A stretch of 64,000 nt of DNA from an uncultured Flavobacteriales bacterium (GCA_905182585.1 CAJJCC010000017.1:1873-65872), one strand, 5' to 3'; numbered from the stretch's first letter, positions 18,195 to 30,408 are shown. Notes: generated by a model not told the origin, from the letters alone. Translations and numbers: made by a program.

Positions 18195-20147
18195 TTATTT
18201 AATATTTTGGTGCTGTTTTATCAGCGCCTTAATTCTAATTAATTCTGCCACACTCCAAGCTTGTGAAATTGTTCCCTTTGCTTTAAAAGGTGGCTCTGCG
18301 TCATAAATTTCTGCAATTGTCCCGATTCCGTAGCTATAAAGCTCGTTTTCAAAACCTTGGTAAATTTCGCTCAGTAAATCTACGGCAGATTTTCCAAATA
18401 ATGATAAATATCCTTTAGTAAAATGACCTAATAACCAAGGCCATACAATTCCTTGATGATATGAGTTATCTCTAGTTTTTTGGTCACCTTGATAAATCCC
18501 AATATACTTCTCATCATCTTGAGATAACGTCCTCAAACCCCTGGAGGTTAGTAGCTTATCTTTCACCTTTGTCAAAACAGACTTACTCATCTCTTCGTCA
18601 CAGATACTATATTTTAATGCTGTTGCAAATGTTTGATTAGGACGGAAACTCCAATCTTTTGAATTTTCTTCACAAACATCGGCCAAATACCCTCTTTTTT
18701 CATCCCAAAACATGTCCTTAAAAGCTGGTTTTAACTTTTTAGGAATGGCACTCCATTTGTCAACAAATTGATGGTCTCCAGATTTACCTGCCAACTCTAA
18801 TGAAAAACAGATTGCGTGATACCATAAAGCGTTAAGTTCAACAACATAACCTGATCTAGGCGTTACAGGAACACCATCAACTATGGCATCCATCCATGTT
18901 AAGGCAATGTCTTTCTGTCCACCATATAACAATCCATTTTCTTTCATATGGATGTTAAATAATGTTCCAGTTTTATAATTGTCTAAAATGTGAACAATCT
19001 CTTTTTTAAAATCTTTCCACGTTTCGATATAATCTCCTGTTGCATCAGCATATTCCTGTAACGCCCAGAAAAACCACAACGAAGCATCGGCTGAATTATA
19101 TTGAGCATTAGCGCCCACTCCTATATTTGTTAAAAGACCTCCTTTAAGATCTTTTAACATCGTTTTTAGTACGTTTTTACAAACTTCAGGTTGGGGATTA
19201 TCACGGTAAAGGGTTAAACCTGGAAGAGCTAAAAAAGTATCTCTGCCCCATCTCCCAAACCAATGATAACCTGCTCCTATTTCAACACCATGATCTTCTG
19301 TTTTAGAAATAAATTGATCGGCTGCTTTTTCTAAATAAGCTTCTAAAGAATCTAAAACAGGTTTATCTTTTAAAACCTTATTAAATTCTGCATTTATGCC
19401 TTCAACACGCTCTTCTTGTGTTGAAATTGAAATTACAACAGGTTCATCCTTTTTTAAATCAAACGACATTAATCCTACAGAGTATAAATCCTCTTTAAAA
19501 TCGTAACCTCTATTTAATTCTTCTAAATACTCTGCTTGATAATGCCAATTCCCATTGCCTAAAAATTCATTTGGAATAGAAGTTTGGATATGCAATCTAT
19601 CGTAATGTTCTTCTAATTTATAACTGATTCCGTTTTCAACAGTCCCAACCTCAATATCAGAGGCGTCCACAGTTCGCAACTTGTGAATCCTTCTAAACGA
19701 TGAAAACGGCCGAACACCAAACCGAATATTATCTCCTTTGATTAAGGTGTACTTGATAAGTAACTGATTCTTATTTGGAGTGAATTGTATTTCTTTTTTA
19801 ATCTTATGCTTATCTATTTCGTAAATCCAAGTTGGAATTTTAGCCAATTCGAATGAGTCTTGAAAAACAAACCCTTTCGGGTCAGCAGTAAATGAATATT
19901 GGTGAACACCTAATTCGTAAACACGATCATGAATTTCAGCAACTTCATGCAATACATTTAACAACACATAACTATGGCTATCTATTTGGGGTTGGCGTAC
20001 GACAAAAGTACCGTGATATTTTCGCGTATTCACTCCTGCCAAAGTAGAACTACAATATGCTCCCAAATCATTTGTTTCAATAAACTCTCGTTTACTTGAA
20101 TTATTAAAATCCGTTAAGAATTTTCTATCAAACTTCACACTTCCCAT
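18195..20147 (-). CDS. Amylo-alpha-1,6-glucosidase / glycogen debranching enzyme (archaeal-type GDE)
   Basis: 650 aa. The N-terminal GDE_N-like region includes NTRKYHG, and the C-terminal (alpha/alpha)6 region includes GYHWFGRWGRDTF and QGIVWPWLLG. Confidence 0.82.
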   Translation of the reverse strand: MGSVKFDRKFLTDFNNSSKREFIETNDLGAYCSSTLAGVNTRKYHGTFVVRQPQIDSHSYVLLNVLHEVAEIHDRVYELGVHQYSFTADPKGFVFQDSFELAKIPTWIYEIDKHKIKKEIQFTPNKNQLLIKYTLIKGDNIRFGVRPFSSFRRIHKLRTVDASDIEVGTVENGISYKLEEHYDRLHIQTSIPNEFLGNGNWHYQAEYLEELNRGYDFKEDLYSVGLMSFDLKKDEPVVISISTQEERVEGINAEFNKVLKDKPVLDSLEAYLEKAADQFISKTEDHGVEIGAGYHWFGRWGRDTFLALPGLTLYRDNPQPEVCKNVLKTMLKDLKGGLLTNIGVGANAQYNSADASLWFFWALQEYADATGDYIETWKDFKKEIVHILDNYKTGTLFNIHMKENGLLYGGQKDIALTWMDAIVDGVPVTPRSGYVVELNALWYHAICFSLELAGKSGDHQFVDKWSAIPKKLKPAFKDMFWDEKRGYLADVCEENSKDWSFRPNQTFATALKYSICDEEMSKSVLTKVKDKLLTSRGLRTLSQDDEKYIGIYQGDQKTRDNSYHQGIVWPWLLGHFTKGYLSLFGKSAVDLLSEIYQGFENELYSYGIGTIAEIYDAEPPFKAKGTISQAWSVAELIRIKALIKQHQNIK

Positions 20148-21788
20148 CTACAGTCTATTCTCTTTATAAAAATTAATTAATCCATTCGTTGATGAATCGT
20201 GGCTATTAATTTTGTTATTACTCTTCAACTCAGGTAAAATAGCTTTTGCTAATTGTTTACCTAATTCCACTCCCCATTGATCAAATGCGTTCACATTCCA
20301 AATGATACTTTGAGTAAATATTTTATGTTCGTACATCGCAACTAAACTTCCTAAAACTTTAGGAGTAAGTTTCTTTACCATGATAGAATTACTTGGCTTA
20401 TTTCCTTCAAAAACTTTATGAGGTAACAATTCATTTATCGCTTCCTCTTCCATACCACTAGATAATAATTCTTCTTTCGCCTCTTCACTTGTTTTCCCTC
20501 TCATTAACGCTTCTGTTTGCGCAAAATAATTAGACAATAATTTGGAGTGATGATCACTTATTGGATTTTGAGAATTTACAGGAGCAATAAAATCACATGG
20601 AATTAATTTTGTTCCTTGATGGATTAATTGATAAAACGCATGCTGACCATTTGTCCCTGGCTCACCCCAAACAATGGGTCCAGTATTGTAATTTACCTTA
20701 CCGCCTTCCTTTGTTGTTGATTTACCGTTACTTTCCATATCTCCTTGCTGAAAATAAGCCGCAAAACGATGCATGTATTGATCGTAAGGTAAAATACAAT
20801 GAGATTCTGCGTTAAAAAAGTTGTTATACCAAACCCCTAATACCGCTAAAATCACAGGGATGTTTTCTTCGAAAGGAGCTGATTCAAAATGTTCATCCAT
20901 TTCGTGTGCTCCTAATAATACTTCTTCAAAATTTTCGAATCCAATAGCTAAAGCAATGCTTAAGCCTATTGCACTCCAAAGACTATATCTGCCTCCAACC
21001 CAATCCCAAAACTCAAACATGTTTTGAGTGTCAATTCCAAAAGCAGCGACTCCTTCAGTATTTGTAGACAAAGCTACAAAGTGCTTAGCTACATCCGTTT
21101 CATTTGCAGTTGATTGTAAAAACCAATCTTTTGCAGAACTAGCATTGGTTAAAGTTTCTTGAGTTGTAAATGTTTTTGATGCAATTACAAAAAGTGTTGT
21201 TTCTTGATTAACCTGTTTCAACGTTTCCGCGATATGAGTCCCATCAATATTGGATACAAAATGTACTTTAAGATGATCCCCTCCGTAGGGTTTTAAAGCT
21301 TCAGAAACCATTAGCGGCCCTAAATCAGACCCTCCAATTCCAATGTTAACTACATCAGTAATTGATTTACCAGAGAAGCCTTTCCATTCACCGCTTCTTA
21401 CTTTTTTTGTAAAAAGACGCATTTGGTTTAACACCTCATTTATTTGAGGCATAACATCTTTACCGTTAACAATAACAGGCGTATTTGATCGATTTCTTAA
21501 TGCAGTATGAAGTACTGATCTTTTCTCTGTAATGTTAATTTCATGACCTAAGAACATTGCCTTAATCCCCACTTCAACACCGGTTTCTTTTGCTAAATCA
21601 ACCAATAATTTAAATGTTTCAGAAGTTATTCTGTTCTTAGAAAAATCCAAAAGAATATCATTTAATCCAACCGAAAATTCATCAAACCGATTATCATCTT
21701 TAAAAAGATCTTTAAGGTGAATGTTTTGAACTTTATTAAAATGTTCTTCTAGGGCTAACCAAGAAGGTGAATTTGTAAGATTGCTCAT
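20148..21788 (-). CDS. pgi: Glucose-6-phosphate isomerase
   Basis: 546 aa with the PGI signature [15 protein letters not shown] and GIGGSDLGP. Its stop codon abuts the start of the debranching-enzyme gene with no spacer. Confidence 0.93.
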   Translation of the reverse strand: MSNLTNSPSWLALEEHFNKVQNIHLKDLFKDDNRFDEFSVGLNDILLDFSKNRITSETFKLLVDLAKETGVEVGIKAMFLGHEINITEKRSVLHTALRNRSNTPVIVNGKDVMPQINEVLNQMRLFTKKVRSGEWKGFSGKSITDVVNIGIGGSDLGPLMVSEALKPYGGDHLKVHFVSNIDGTHIAETLKQVNQETTLFVIASKTFTTQETLTNASSAKDWFLQSTANETDVAKHFVALSTNTEGVAAFGIDTQNMFEFWDWVGGRYSLWSAIGLSIALAIGFENFEEVLLGAHEMDEHFESAPFEENIPVILAVLGVWYNNFFNAESHCILPYDQYMHRFAAYFQQGDMESNGKSTTKEGGKVNYNTGPIVWGEPGTNGQHAFYQLIHQGTKLIPCDFIAPVNSQNPISDHHSKLLSNYFAQTEALMRGKTSEEAKEELLSSGMEEEAINELLPHKVFEGNKPSNSIMVKKLTPKVLGSLVAMYEHKIFTQSIIWNVNAFDQWGVELGKQLAKAILPELKSNNKINSHDSSTNGLINFYKENRL

Positions 21789-21813
21789 ACTGTAACCGCT
21801 ATTTATACAGTTA

Positions 21814-21821
21814 CAAAAATA
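21814..21821 (-). promoter_or_regulatory. Candidate -7 box (TATTTTTG) upstream of pgi
   Basis: The reverse complement of 21814-21821 is TATTTTTG, matching TAnnTTTG, 25 nt upstream of the pgi ATG. No convincing -33 element was found. Confidence 0.25.
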
Positions 21822-22263
21822 AGGTGAAACAATTAGTTAACACAGAATTTAAGCCAAAAATTATCTAATATTTTATGAAAATTTATTTCAACAATTAAAT
21901 ATCGATTTTAACAGATTTAAAAAGTCTCTTAATAGGAATAAAATAAGTGTTTTGTTTTGAATCCAGTACTTTTGTTTAGGTTGAGTAATTCAATTACAAA
22001 TTTTAATGCCTTCTTTCTCTCAGCTACTTAAATCGTAAAAGAATACAAGTTCTTTAAGCTGTTTTATTAAAAAGTTAATTTACTAATCACCACTTGAAAT
22101 TAAAAGATTCTAAATCCATCGTCTTTTCACATCATTAAGCTCAAATTTTGCGCATAAAAAGGGCTGATAAAACCACCCAATTTAGATTCTCTTAATATTT
22201 ATGCTATTACACAAAAAAGTGTTAACGTTTCCTTTTCATAGGTTTGATAATAATCTAACATTC

Positions 22264-23697
22264 TTAAAAGTCTGCTAATTTTGGAGCTCTTGGGAAGGGT
22301 ATTACATCTCGAATATTCCCCATCCCTGTAACGAAAAGTAAAAGCCTTTCGAAACCTAAACCAAAACCACTATGAATAGCTGTTCCAAACTGACGAGTTT
22401 CTAAATACCACCAAATATCTTCTTCTGGAATATCAAATTTAGCTATTGCTGATTTCAATTTTTCTAAATCCTCTTCTCTTTGAGAACCCCCTATAATTTC
22501 GCCTATCCCTGGCACCAAAACATCCATAGCGGCAACCGTTTTACCGTCCTCATTTAGCTTCATGTAAAAAGCCTTTATTTCAGCAGGGTAATCAGTGACA
22601 ACAACTGGTTTTTTAAAATGCTTTTCTACCAAAAACTTCTCATGTTCACTTTGTAAATCGATGCCCCAATCTTTTACTGGATATACAAATTTCCCTTTCT
22701 TATTTGGTTTGGAGTTTTTTAAAATATCAAAAGCTTCAGTATAAGTAACTCGAGCAAAATTATTTTCCGTAATAAACTTCAACTTTTCTATTAAAGTCAT
22801 TTCTTGTCTTTTATTTTGAGGCAATAACTTCTCTTCATCCGCTAATCGATTATCTAAAAAATCGAGATCATCTTTGCATTTATCTAAAGCATACTGAACG
22901 CAATACTTCATAAACTCTTCCGCTAAATCGATGTTATCCTTCAAGTCATGAAAAGCAACCTCTGGCTCAATCATCCAAAATTCAGCAAGATGTCTTGAAG
23001 TATTTGAATTTTCGGCTCTAAAAGTTGGTCCAAAAGTATAAATCTTGCCTAAGGCCATTGCCGCCAACTCGCCGTTCAATTGACCAGAAACCGTTAAACT
23101 GGCTTCCTTTCCAAAAAAATCTTTTTCCCAGTCTATATTTCCTTCTTCATTTAAAGGTGCTTTGTTAGGTTCAAAAGTTGAAACTCTAAACATTTCTCCA
23201 GCCCCCTCACAATCTGAAGCTGTTATAATTGGAGTATGGATATTAAAAAATTCTCGATCATTAAAAAATTGATGAACCGCAAACGTCATTGCATGACGAA
23301 TTCTAAAAATAGCAGCGAACGTATTTGTACGAACTCTTAAATGTGATTTTTCTCGCAAAAATTCTAATGAATGCTTTTTAGGTTGGATAGGAAATTCATC
23401 TGGATTTGATTCCCCTAATATTTCAAAGCTCGTAACTTTTAATTCGCAAGCCTGCCCTCTACCTGAAGACTCAACAAGCTCTCCTTTTGCACGAACTGCA
23501 GCACCCACATTTATTTTATTTAAAAACTCGGTTTCATAATCAGAAGCATTCAAAACCAATTGAATTGTTTTTATAGTTGAACCATCATTAACAATTACAA
23601 ATTGATCATTTCTGAAGAATCGTACCCAGCCTTGGATTACAATTTCCTGATTACTTATTGGTCCTGAGAGAATTTGATTTATCGTACTGGTTTTCAT
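22264..23697 (-). CDS. asnS: Asparagine--tRNA ligase
   Basis: 477 aa with the class IIb motif [21 protein letters not shown] and C-terminal GFGLGFERL. Confidence 0.93.
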   Translation of the reverse strand: MKTSTINQILSGPISNQEIVIQGWVRFFRNDQFVIVNDGSTIKTIQLVLNASDYETEFLNKINVGAAVRAKGELVESSGRGQACELKVTSFEILGESNPDEFPIQPKKHSLEFLREKSHLRVRTNTFAAIFRIRHAMTFAVHQFFNDREFFNIHTPIITASDCEGAGEMFRVSTFEPNKAPLNEEGNIDWEKDFFGKEASLTVSGQLNGELAAMALGKIYTFGPTFRAENSNTSRHLAEFWMIEPEVAFHDLKDNIDLAEEFMKYCVQYALDKCKDDLDFLDNRLADEEKLLPQNKRQEMTLIEKLKFITENNFARVTYTEAFDILKNSKPNKKGKFVYPVKDWGIDLQSEHEKFLVEKHFKKPVVVTDYPAEIKAFYMKLNEDGKTVAAMDVLVPGIGEIIGGSQREEDLEKLKSAIAKFDIPEEDIWWYLETRQFGTAIHSGFGLGFERLLLFVTGMGNIRDVIPFPRAPKLADF

Positions 23698-24159
23698 AAA
23701 TTCAAATTTATGAAAAAGCTAGCCTTTGTAATAAAAAACTAAAGTTTATAATTCGATTCCTGCAACTTCAATCCCATCTGTTTGAGCTTGAGATTCTTTA
23801 AATAGACTTTACTATCATTGTGATTCCTATTCAAATAAGTTTACGAGTGTGTTAATCTTCTTTTCTGCGAATTCTTTGAAGTAACTTCCCAGCTTTTTAA
23901 TAGGCCAAAAGACTAAGTTTGGAGTCTGATGTACTGCCGGATGTAAATTGATTAATGTTTTCAGGTTGTGTATTCTTAAATGAGATTAGCCCATCAAATC
24001 TATTTATAGAATTGATTTATTTGAATCAAAACTTATTTAATTGAATTACAAATAACTCAATTAACATTAAAAATCATGTTGCGTTGTATTCAAAGCTATC
24101 TAACTTACTTTTCTAAAGACAAATAGTAATATTACAAGGAAGATCGGTATTGTAAAAAT

Positions 24160-27100
24160 CTATTCTTTATTTAAAGGTAAAATAATAGTAAAAACAGTCT
24201 CTGTTCCGTATATCGATTCAAAACTTATCTCACCGCCCATATTTTCTATAATCTTCTGTACCATCGCCAAACCGAGTCCCATCCCTGAGTTTTTCGTAGT
24301 GAAATTCGGGACGAATATATGTGAATAATCTTCTTTGGAGATACCTTTCCCATTATCCTTAATCATAACTTTTACTTTTTCATCCGTAAAGTCACTTTGG
24401 AGAAGTACGTACCCCGATCTATCTTCTGGGATTGCTTGAATCGCATTTTTAATCAAATTATTAAAAACTCTTAGTAGCTGATCTTTATCACCATTAACGA
24501 AAATAGAACCTTCAAAATCAAAACTTACCTGAACATTATCTGTTCCATTATAGATGTCAACCGAACTCTTTATAATATCGTTAATATTAACTTTAGAGAA
24601 GCTTGTTTCGGGCAGTTTAGCAAACGACGAAAATTCTGTTGCAATAGCTGAAAGGGTGTCAATTTGAGTAATTAGATTTTTTCCGAAATTCTTAAATCGT
24701 TCACTTCTCTCCTCTTCCGAAAATGAACTCCAACGCATTTGTAAATGTTGAACACTCAACTTCATAGGAGTTAATGGATTTTTTATTTCGTGTGCAACTT
24801 GCTTTGCCATTTCACGCCAAGCATCTTCACGTTCACTTTCGGCCATCCGTTCAGCACTTTCAGTTATTTCCACAACCATTCTATTGTACTCTTTCACAAG
24901 CTTTCCTACCTCATCCTTTCCTTTATAATTTATCAGCTCATTCGTTTGACCCAACTGAATCTTACCCATTTTTTCCTGAATTAAACGAAGAGGTTCGGTG
25001 ATACGATTGGTAAGCATTAAACCAATAACCATTGCTAAAACAATCAATAAAGCATAAATATTTAATAAGGCTACGATGAAGTTTGATATCTCATTTTTCA
25101 AATCGTTGGACCGAGCAAAATAAGGAAGGTTTAGGTAAGCCAATAAATGACCTTCATTATTGAAAAATGGGACATATGCAGATAAGTATTGCATTCCTTC
25201 TATATCTTCTATTTGAACAAATTGAGTTTGAGAATTATAGAGCATTTGATACATTGCTAATGGATTCATTCGTTTACCCGATAGACCTTTTTGAAATATT
25301 TTATTCTGTGAGGAAGAAATCAACATACCGTTTACATCATATAAATTAATATCAGTAAAAAATACTTTAGAAAACTTTTCTAAGATCAATTGAATATAAT
25401 CCTGACTAACATCCTCTATTTTTTCATTGCTTCCCACTTTATGTTCTACTTCAATTTTAACCGATTTAATTTTCTCGGAAATTGCGTCAAAGTTTTTTTG
25501 ATTGTATTGATTTTTCAAATAATAGACTGATCCTATCCCTATAAATAAAGTACTAAAAAAGAGTATAAATACAATTACTGATTGAAATCTTGTTTTAAAA
25601 CTAGAAGTTTGATTAAACTCGCCATACAGCAATCGATAAAGCAATAAGCTGGCGATTGTTAATATTGAAAAGAAAGCAAATAAATAGGAGTAAAACGCCA
25701 TTTGATCCCAAATTCCGGTAACTTTTTCACTTAAGAAATAAACATCTTCTCCTTCTTTTTTAACTAAGTGTGCTGTTTCATTCTGCTCAAAATAACTCCA
25801 ATCTTCTTTTGTTCCTTTGTAATAATCCAAACTAGTACTATATAGGAAGTTCCCTTTTTGTTTTAGGAGTTCTCCATTTTTGAAATGTGCGAAAGAAAAC
25901 TTTGAGCTTAGGGATTTACGTTCAACTTGCTTATCCAACAGTAAAGTGGGGAATCCGACACCATCTGGTTTAAATTTTGAATCAAGTTCGAAGTAAACCT
26001 TTGCATTGTTTTCAAATTCAATTAAGCCCAAATAACTAATACGACCATTTTCATTTAGCAACAGATATAATCCTTCTGACACCTCTTGACCAACCGATTT
26101 AATAATCTCATCAAAGAAGGACTGACAAGAAATTGGATGCTCAGTATTAACAAAAAGAATACTATCCTCTTTTAAACATGGATTGACTTGTAAATCAAAT
26201 TTATCCCAAAAGCCAAAAAAATAGTTTTTCTTAAAAAACTTAAACAAGTCTTGATCTGAAATAGAATAATCAGAGATGATTGCTTGCGCCTTTTCATCAC
26301 AAATTAATTCCGATTGAATTCCTTTATACAAATATTCAGCTATAAGGTCTTTCTCCTTTCCAAGCTTTGATAATAAAATCTTTTTTTCATCTATATTTTT
26401 TATATCACTATAATCCCTGAGAGATTGCGTAATCATTAAAGAAAATATGAAGATTAAAGAGATAGAAACTTTAAAGGTTATTTTCTCTTCACCCTTAAAG
26501 TAACTAATTAGTAAAAGAATAAATATGGGTAAAGACCACGCTAATTCAACTGCGTCAGAGAAACGAAATAAATATCCTATGCCTATAAAACAGGCTGTTG
26601 TGAAAATAAATGTTATTATTGATTGTATAAAATTAAAGCCTAAACATTTTATGAAATCAATTAATTTCCAACATATAATGAGGTAGATTGAAAGAATTCC
26701 AGACAAACAAAAAAGAGCGATTACAGTTGTGTATTCAACCGATAATATTTTGGATAAATCAAGTGGAATTTCAGAGTACAAAACCAATCCTTCCACAGTT
26801 TCTATAATTCCCCAAGTTAGCAGATAAACAAGAATAAAAGAGATAAATAATAAAGGCTGTCTGAATTTCAACCAATAATTGAGCTTAAAATCTAATCCTT
26901 TTAAAAAAGAAAAGGTCAATGTTAAAATGAAAACAACATACATTAACAAATCCCCTAATGAAGGAACCTTTGTCGAAAATGCTAATAATTTCGGATTAAA
27001 AATTTCTAATTCATTCAAATTATACGGAAACGTAAACTCCCATAATAAGAATCGAATTAGTATAAATATGGGTAAAATAATTGAAAATTTCCATTTAACA

Positions 27101-27786
27101 GATAAGCCTTTTGCCAATAAAAGCATTCCAAGAAAAAAAGCTATTAAACCAAGAATCTCCAAACAAATTAAAAAGTAATTAAGCGGCGGAATAAATAATA
27201 AGGTTGGCAGAAGGTGAAAAGAATCTCCACTCTTTAAAGTAATCTCAACAGACTCCTTAACGGGCTCAACAATTATCTTCCAGCCTTTTTTTAAAAAAAG
27301 TTCTTCATTAAATGAATTGGATACATAACTGTTTTCAAAATCATATTCTTTTTTTAGAAAGAACTGTGCTATGAAACGCAGTCCACCTTTAGTTTTCGAT
27401 TGAATAATATAGAACCCATTATTTGTTTTGATAAAGCCATTCCGGATATCAGCAGGAGGAATCACTAACTTATTTGAACTCCAGAATTTTAGATTTTCAT
27501 CCTCATAAATGTAAATCCCAATTGCTTGCTCTTCTAAAGACTTATGATAATCTACACCATTACTTAGCAATGAGACTAAACCTCCTGTGTCAATAATCGA
27601 TTGATAATATTTAATTTCAGTAGATAGTTGATCTTCAAATTGAGCTAATGCCTTTTCAAAGTGATCAACCTGATGATTTACAGCCCAATCTCTATCTTGG
27701 TAATACTTCTTAAACAGTCCAGTAAAAAGGATTGTTAGCAAGCCCAAAACAATGAGGTACTTATTATATTTCTTAAGCTGATCCAA
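24160..27786 (-). CDS. Very large multi-pass sensor histidine kinase (1208 aa; several extracytoplasmic segments, more than 10 TM helices, HAMP, HisKA, HATPase_c)
   Basis: H-box VAHEIKNPLTPM, N-box NNLIKNAIQA, and G-boxes DNGKGI and GMGLGLA at the C-terminus. A HAMP-like segment follows the last TM (NRITEPLRLIQEKM). No response regulator gene is adjacent. Confidence 0.8.
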   Translation of the reverse strand: MDQLKKYNKYLIVLGLLTILFTGLFKKYYQDRDWAVNHQVDHFEKALAQFEDQLSTEIKYYQSIIDTGGLVSLLSNGVDYHKSLEEQAIGIYIYEDENLKFWSSNKLVIPPADIRNGFIKTNNGFYIIQSKTKGGLRFIAQFFLKKEYDFENSYVSNSFNEELFLKKGWKIIVEPVKESVEITLKSGDSFHLLPTLLFIPPLNYFLICLEILGLIAFFLGMLLLAKGLSVKWKFSIILPIFILIRFLLWEFTFPYNLNELEIFNPKLLAFSTKVPSLGDLLMYVVFILTLTFSFLKGLDFKLNYWLKFRQPLLFISFILVYLLTWGIIETVEGLVLYSEIPLDLSKILSVEYTTVIALFCLSGILSIYLIICWKLIDFIKCLGFNFIQSIITFIFTTACFIGIGYLFRFSDAVELAWSLPIFILLLISYFKGEEKITFKVSISLIFIFSLMITQSLRDYSDIKNIDEKKILLSKLGKEKDLIAEYLYKGIQSELICDEKAQAIISDYSISDQDLFKFFKKNYFFGFWDKFDLQVNPCLKEDSILFVNTEHPISCQSFFDEIIKSVGQEVSEGLYLLLNENGRISYLGLIEFENNAKVYFELDSKFKPDGVGFPTLLLDKQVERKSLSSKFSFAHFKNGELLKQKGNFLYSTSLDYYKGTKEDWSYFEQNETAHLVKKEGEDVYFLSEKVTGIWDQMAFYSYLFAFFSILTIASLLLYRLLYGEFNQTSSFKTRFQSVIVFILFFSTLFIGIGSVYYLKNQYNQKNFDAISEKIKSVKIEVEHKVGSNEKIEDVSQDYIQLILEKFSKVFFTDINLYDVNGMLISSSQNKIFQKGLSGKRMNPLAMYQMLYNSQTQFVQIEDIEGMQYLSAYVPFFNNEGHLLAYLNLPYFARSNDLKNEISNFIVALLNIYALLIVLAMVIGLMLTNRITEPLRLIQEKMGKIQLGQTNELINYKGKDEVGKLVKEYNRMVVEITESAERMAESEREDAWREMAKQVAHEIKNPLTPMKLSVQHLQMRWSSFSEEERSERFKNFGKNLITQIDTLSAIATEFSSFAKLPETSFSKVNINDIIKSSVDIYNGTDNVQVSFDFEGSIFVNGDKDQLLRVFNNLIKNAIQAIPEDRSGYVLLQSDFTDEKVKVMIKDNGKGISKEDYSHIFVPNFTTKNSGMGLGLAMVQKIIENMGGEISFESIYGTETVFTIILPLNKE

Positions 27787-27814
27787 TAATTCTGTTTGTC
27801 AAAAATTATACCGT

Positions 27815-27850
27815 AAAAAAAAAGGTTATTAGTAAAAACTAATAACCTTT
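27815..27850 (-). terminator. Rho-independent terminator ending the atp operon after atpG
   Basis: The minus-strand RNA reads aaagguuauuag-uuuuua-cuaauaaccuuu followed by a U-run (complement of A9 at 27815-27823). It starts about 24 nt after the atpG stop. Confidence 0.65.
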
Positions 27851-27873
27851 CTAAAATACTATGAATTATTCAA

Positions 27874-28743
27874 TTAACCGTTTAATGCCTCGGCACCTCC
27901 AACGATTTCTAAAATTTCAGTTGTAATTGCAGCCTGACGAGCTTTGTTATACTGTAACGTTAATTTATCAGCTAAGTCTTTCGCGTTATCAGTTGCTTTA
28001 TGCATTGCAGTCATACGAGCACCATGTTCACCAGCAATCGAATCAAGGATTGCTTTGTAAAATTGAGTTTTAAGAGACTTCGGAACTAATTCAGTAACAA
28101 TATCCTCTTTGTTTGGCTCGTAGATGTAATCTATTGAATTAGAAGATAAGTCTTCAGACTCTCCAGCAACTAACGGTAAAAATTGTTCATTTTGAACATC
28201 TTGAACAGCAGCATTTCTAAATTGATTATAAACCAATACAACTTTATCGTATTGACCTTCTACAAACTCAGCCATAACGACTTCTGCAATATTAGCAACG
28301 TTTTCAAAAGACATGTCATTGAAAATTTCAATTTCAGTCCTAACAACGTTTAAACCTTTATTTGCTAAAAATTCACCACCTTTCTTTCCAACACATAAAA
28401 ACGATAAGTTTTTATCAGCGTATTCTCCAGTTACAATTGATAAACACTTCTTTGTGATTGCTGAGTTAAAACCTCCACACAAACCACGATTAGAAGTAAC
28501 AGCAACAACTAACACCTTTTCCTCAGGTCTTACTACCGAATACATCCCTTCTGAAGATTCTTCAGTCCCCGAAGTAAGGTTCTCTAAAATCTCTTGCAAT
28601 TTTTCAGCGTATGGTCTCATCTGAGTAATAGCATCAGTTGCTTTTTTTAATTTAGCAGCCGATACCATTTTCATAGCACTGGTGATTTGCATCGTAGATC
28701 TTATCGATGTAATCCTGTTTCTAGTTTCCTTTAAATTTGCCAT
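27874..28743 (-). CDS. atpG: F0F1 ATP synthase subunit gamma
   Basis: 289 aa. The N-terminus MANLKETRNRITSIRSTMQITSAMKMVSAAKL and C-terminus ITTEILEIVGGAEAL are canonical for gamma. Confidence 0.92.
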   Translation of the reverse strand: MANLKETRNRITSIRSTMQITSAMKMVSAAKLKKATDAITQMRPYAEKLQEILENLTSGTEESSEGMYSVVRPEEKVLVVAVTSNRGLCGGFNSAITKKCLSIVTGEYADKNLSFLCVGKKGGEFLANKGLNVVRTEIEIFNDMSFENVANIAEVVMAEFVEGQYDKVVLVYNQFRNAAVQDVQNEQFLPLVAGESEDLSSNSIDYIYEPNKEDIVTELVPKSLKTQFYKAILDSIAGEHGARMTAMHKATDNAKDLADKLTLQYNKARQAAITTEILEIVGGAEALNG

Positions 28744-28803
28744 TATGCTAATTCAAATTAAAAAAGCGAAGCGTTAAACCGCTTACGCTAGTTATTCTTT
28801 TTA

Positions 28804-30381
28804 TTAAGCGAACTTAGAAGCTACCTCTTTAGTAACTCTAGTTAGAGTATCAACAACTTCATCAGTTAATTTACCAGCTTTTAAAGCAGATAATATATCA
28901 CTGTGACTTGCTTTTAAAACAGATAAATAATCTGCTTCAAACTCTTTCACCTTATTAATAGGAACATCCATAATTAATCCGTTTGTTCCAGCAAAGATAA
29001 TTGCACATTGATCTTCAACTCTACAAGGAGAGTTTTGAGCTTGCTTTAAGATTTCAACATTTCTTGCACCTTTATCAATAACAGATTTAGTAGCAGCATC
29101 TAAGTCTGAACCAAACTTAGAAAACGCTTCTAGTTCACGATATTGAGCCTGATCTAACTTTAATGTACCAGAAATCTTTTTCATCGATTTAATTTGGGCA
29201 GCTCCCCCTACACGTGATACCGAAATACCAACGTTAATTGCAGGACGTACACCAGCTAAAAATAAATCAGATTCTAAGAAAATTTGCCCATCAGTAATCG
29301 AAATTACGTTAGTAGGAATATATGCAGAAACATCACCAGCTTGTGTTTCGATAATTGGAAGAGCAGTTAAAGAACCACCTCCTTTAACTTTACCTTTTAA
29401 CGAATCTGGTAAATCATTCATTTGAGCAGCAATCTCATCAACTTCTATCAATTTTGCAGCTCTTTCTAATAATCTTGAGTGTAAGAAAAACACATCTCCA
29501 GGGTAAGCCTCGCGTCCCGGTGGTCTTCTCAATAATAAAGAAACCTCACGGTATGCAACAGCTTGCTTTGATAAGTCATCAAATACAATTAATGCAGGGC
29601 GACCTGTATCTCTAAAGTATTCTCCAATTGCTGCACCAGTAAATGGAGCGAAAAACTGCATTGCAGCAGGATCCGATGCATTTGCTGCAACAATTGTAGT
29701 ATATGCCATTGCTCCTGCAGCTTCCAAAGTAGCAACAATACCTGCTACTGTAGAACCTTTTTGACCAATTGCAACATAAATACATGAAACTGGTTCACCA
29801 GCGTCATAAAATTCTTTTTGATTGATAATAGTATCAATAGCAACTGTAGTCTTTCCTGTTTGACGATCACCAATGATTAACTCACGCTGACCTCTTCCAA
29901 CAGGAATCATTGAATCAATTGCCTTGATTCCAGTTTGCATTGGTTCACCTACTGGTTGACGGTAGATTACACCTGGTGCTTTTCTTTCGATTGGCATTTC
30001 GAATAATTCACCTTGGATAGGTCCTTTTCCATCAATTGGTTCTCCTAGTGTATTAACTACACGACCAACGATACCTTCTCCAACGTTTACCGATGCAATT
30101 CTTCCAGTTCTTTTAACTGTTGCACCTTCTCTTATTCCTTTTCCGTCTCCTAAAAGTACAAGACCTACATTGTCTTCCTCAAGGTTAAGAGCCATTGATT
30201 GTAATCCGTTTTCGAATTCAACTAATTCTCCGTATTGAACGTTTGATAAACCGAATACACGAGCAATACCATCTCCAATTTGAAGAACAGTACCAACTTC
30301 CTGTAATTCTGCTTCAGTTTTTAAGCCCGCTAACTGCTCTCTTAAAATTGATGAAACTTCTGCTGGTTTTACTTCTGCCAT
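28804..30381 (-). CDS. atpA: F0F1 ATP synthase subunit alpha
   Basis: 525 aa with Walker A GDRQTGKT. Confidence 0.95.
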   Translation of the reverse strand: MAEVKPAEVSSILREQLAGLKTEAELQEVGTVLQIGDGIARVFGLSNVQYGELVEFENGLQSMALNLEEDNVGLVLLGDGKGIREGATVKRTGRIASVNVGEGIVGRVVNTLGEPIDGKGPIQGELFEMPIERKAPGVIYRQPVGEPMQTGIKAIDSMIPVGRGQRELIIGDRQTGKTTVAIDTIINQKEFYDAGEPVSCIYVAIGQKGSTVAGIVATLEAAGAMAYTTIVAANASDPAAMQFFAPFTGAAIGEYFRDTGRPALIVFDDLSKQAVAYREVSLLLRRPPGREAYPGDVFFLHSRLLERAAKLIEVDEIAAQMNDLPDSLKGKVKGGGSLTALPIIETQAGDVSAYIPTNVISITDGQIFLESDLFLAGVRPAINVGISVSRVGGAAQIKSMKKISGTLKLDQAQYRELEAFSKFGSDLDAATKSVIDKGARNVEILKQAQNSPCRVEDQCAIIFAGTNGLIMDVPINKVKEFEADYLSVLKASHSDILSALKAGKLTDEVVDTLTRVTKEVASKFA

Positions 30382-30408
30382 TATAATTAAGTTTAAGCTA
30401 TTGTAAAA

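Noticed and set aside
23845-24003. A 52-codon open frame on the minus strand in the asnS/kinase spacer (SHLRIHNLKTLINLHPAVHQTPNLVFWPIKKLGSYFKEFAEKKINTLVNLFE*).
   Set aside because: It has no ATG, GTG or TTG anywhere in frame and no recognisable family. An open stretch of this length is not rare by chance across six frames. At most it is a gene remnant.
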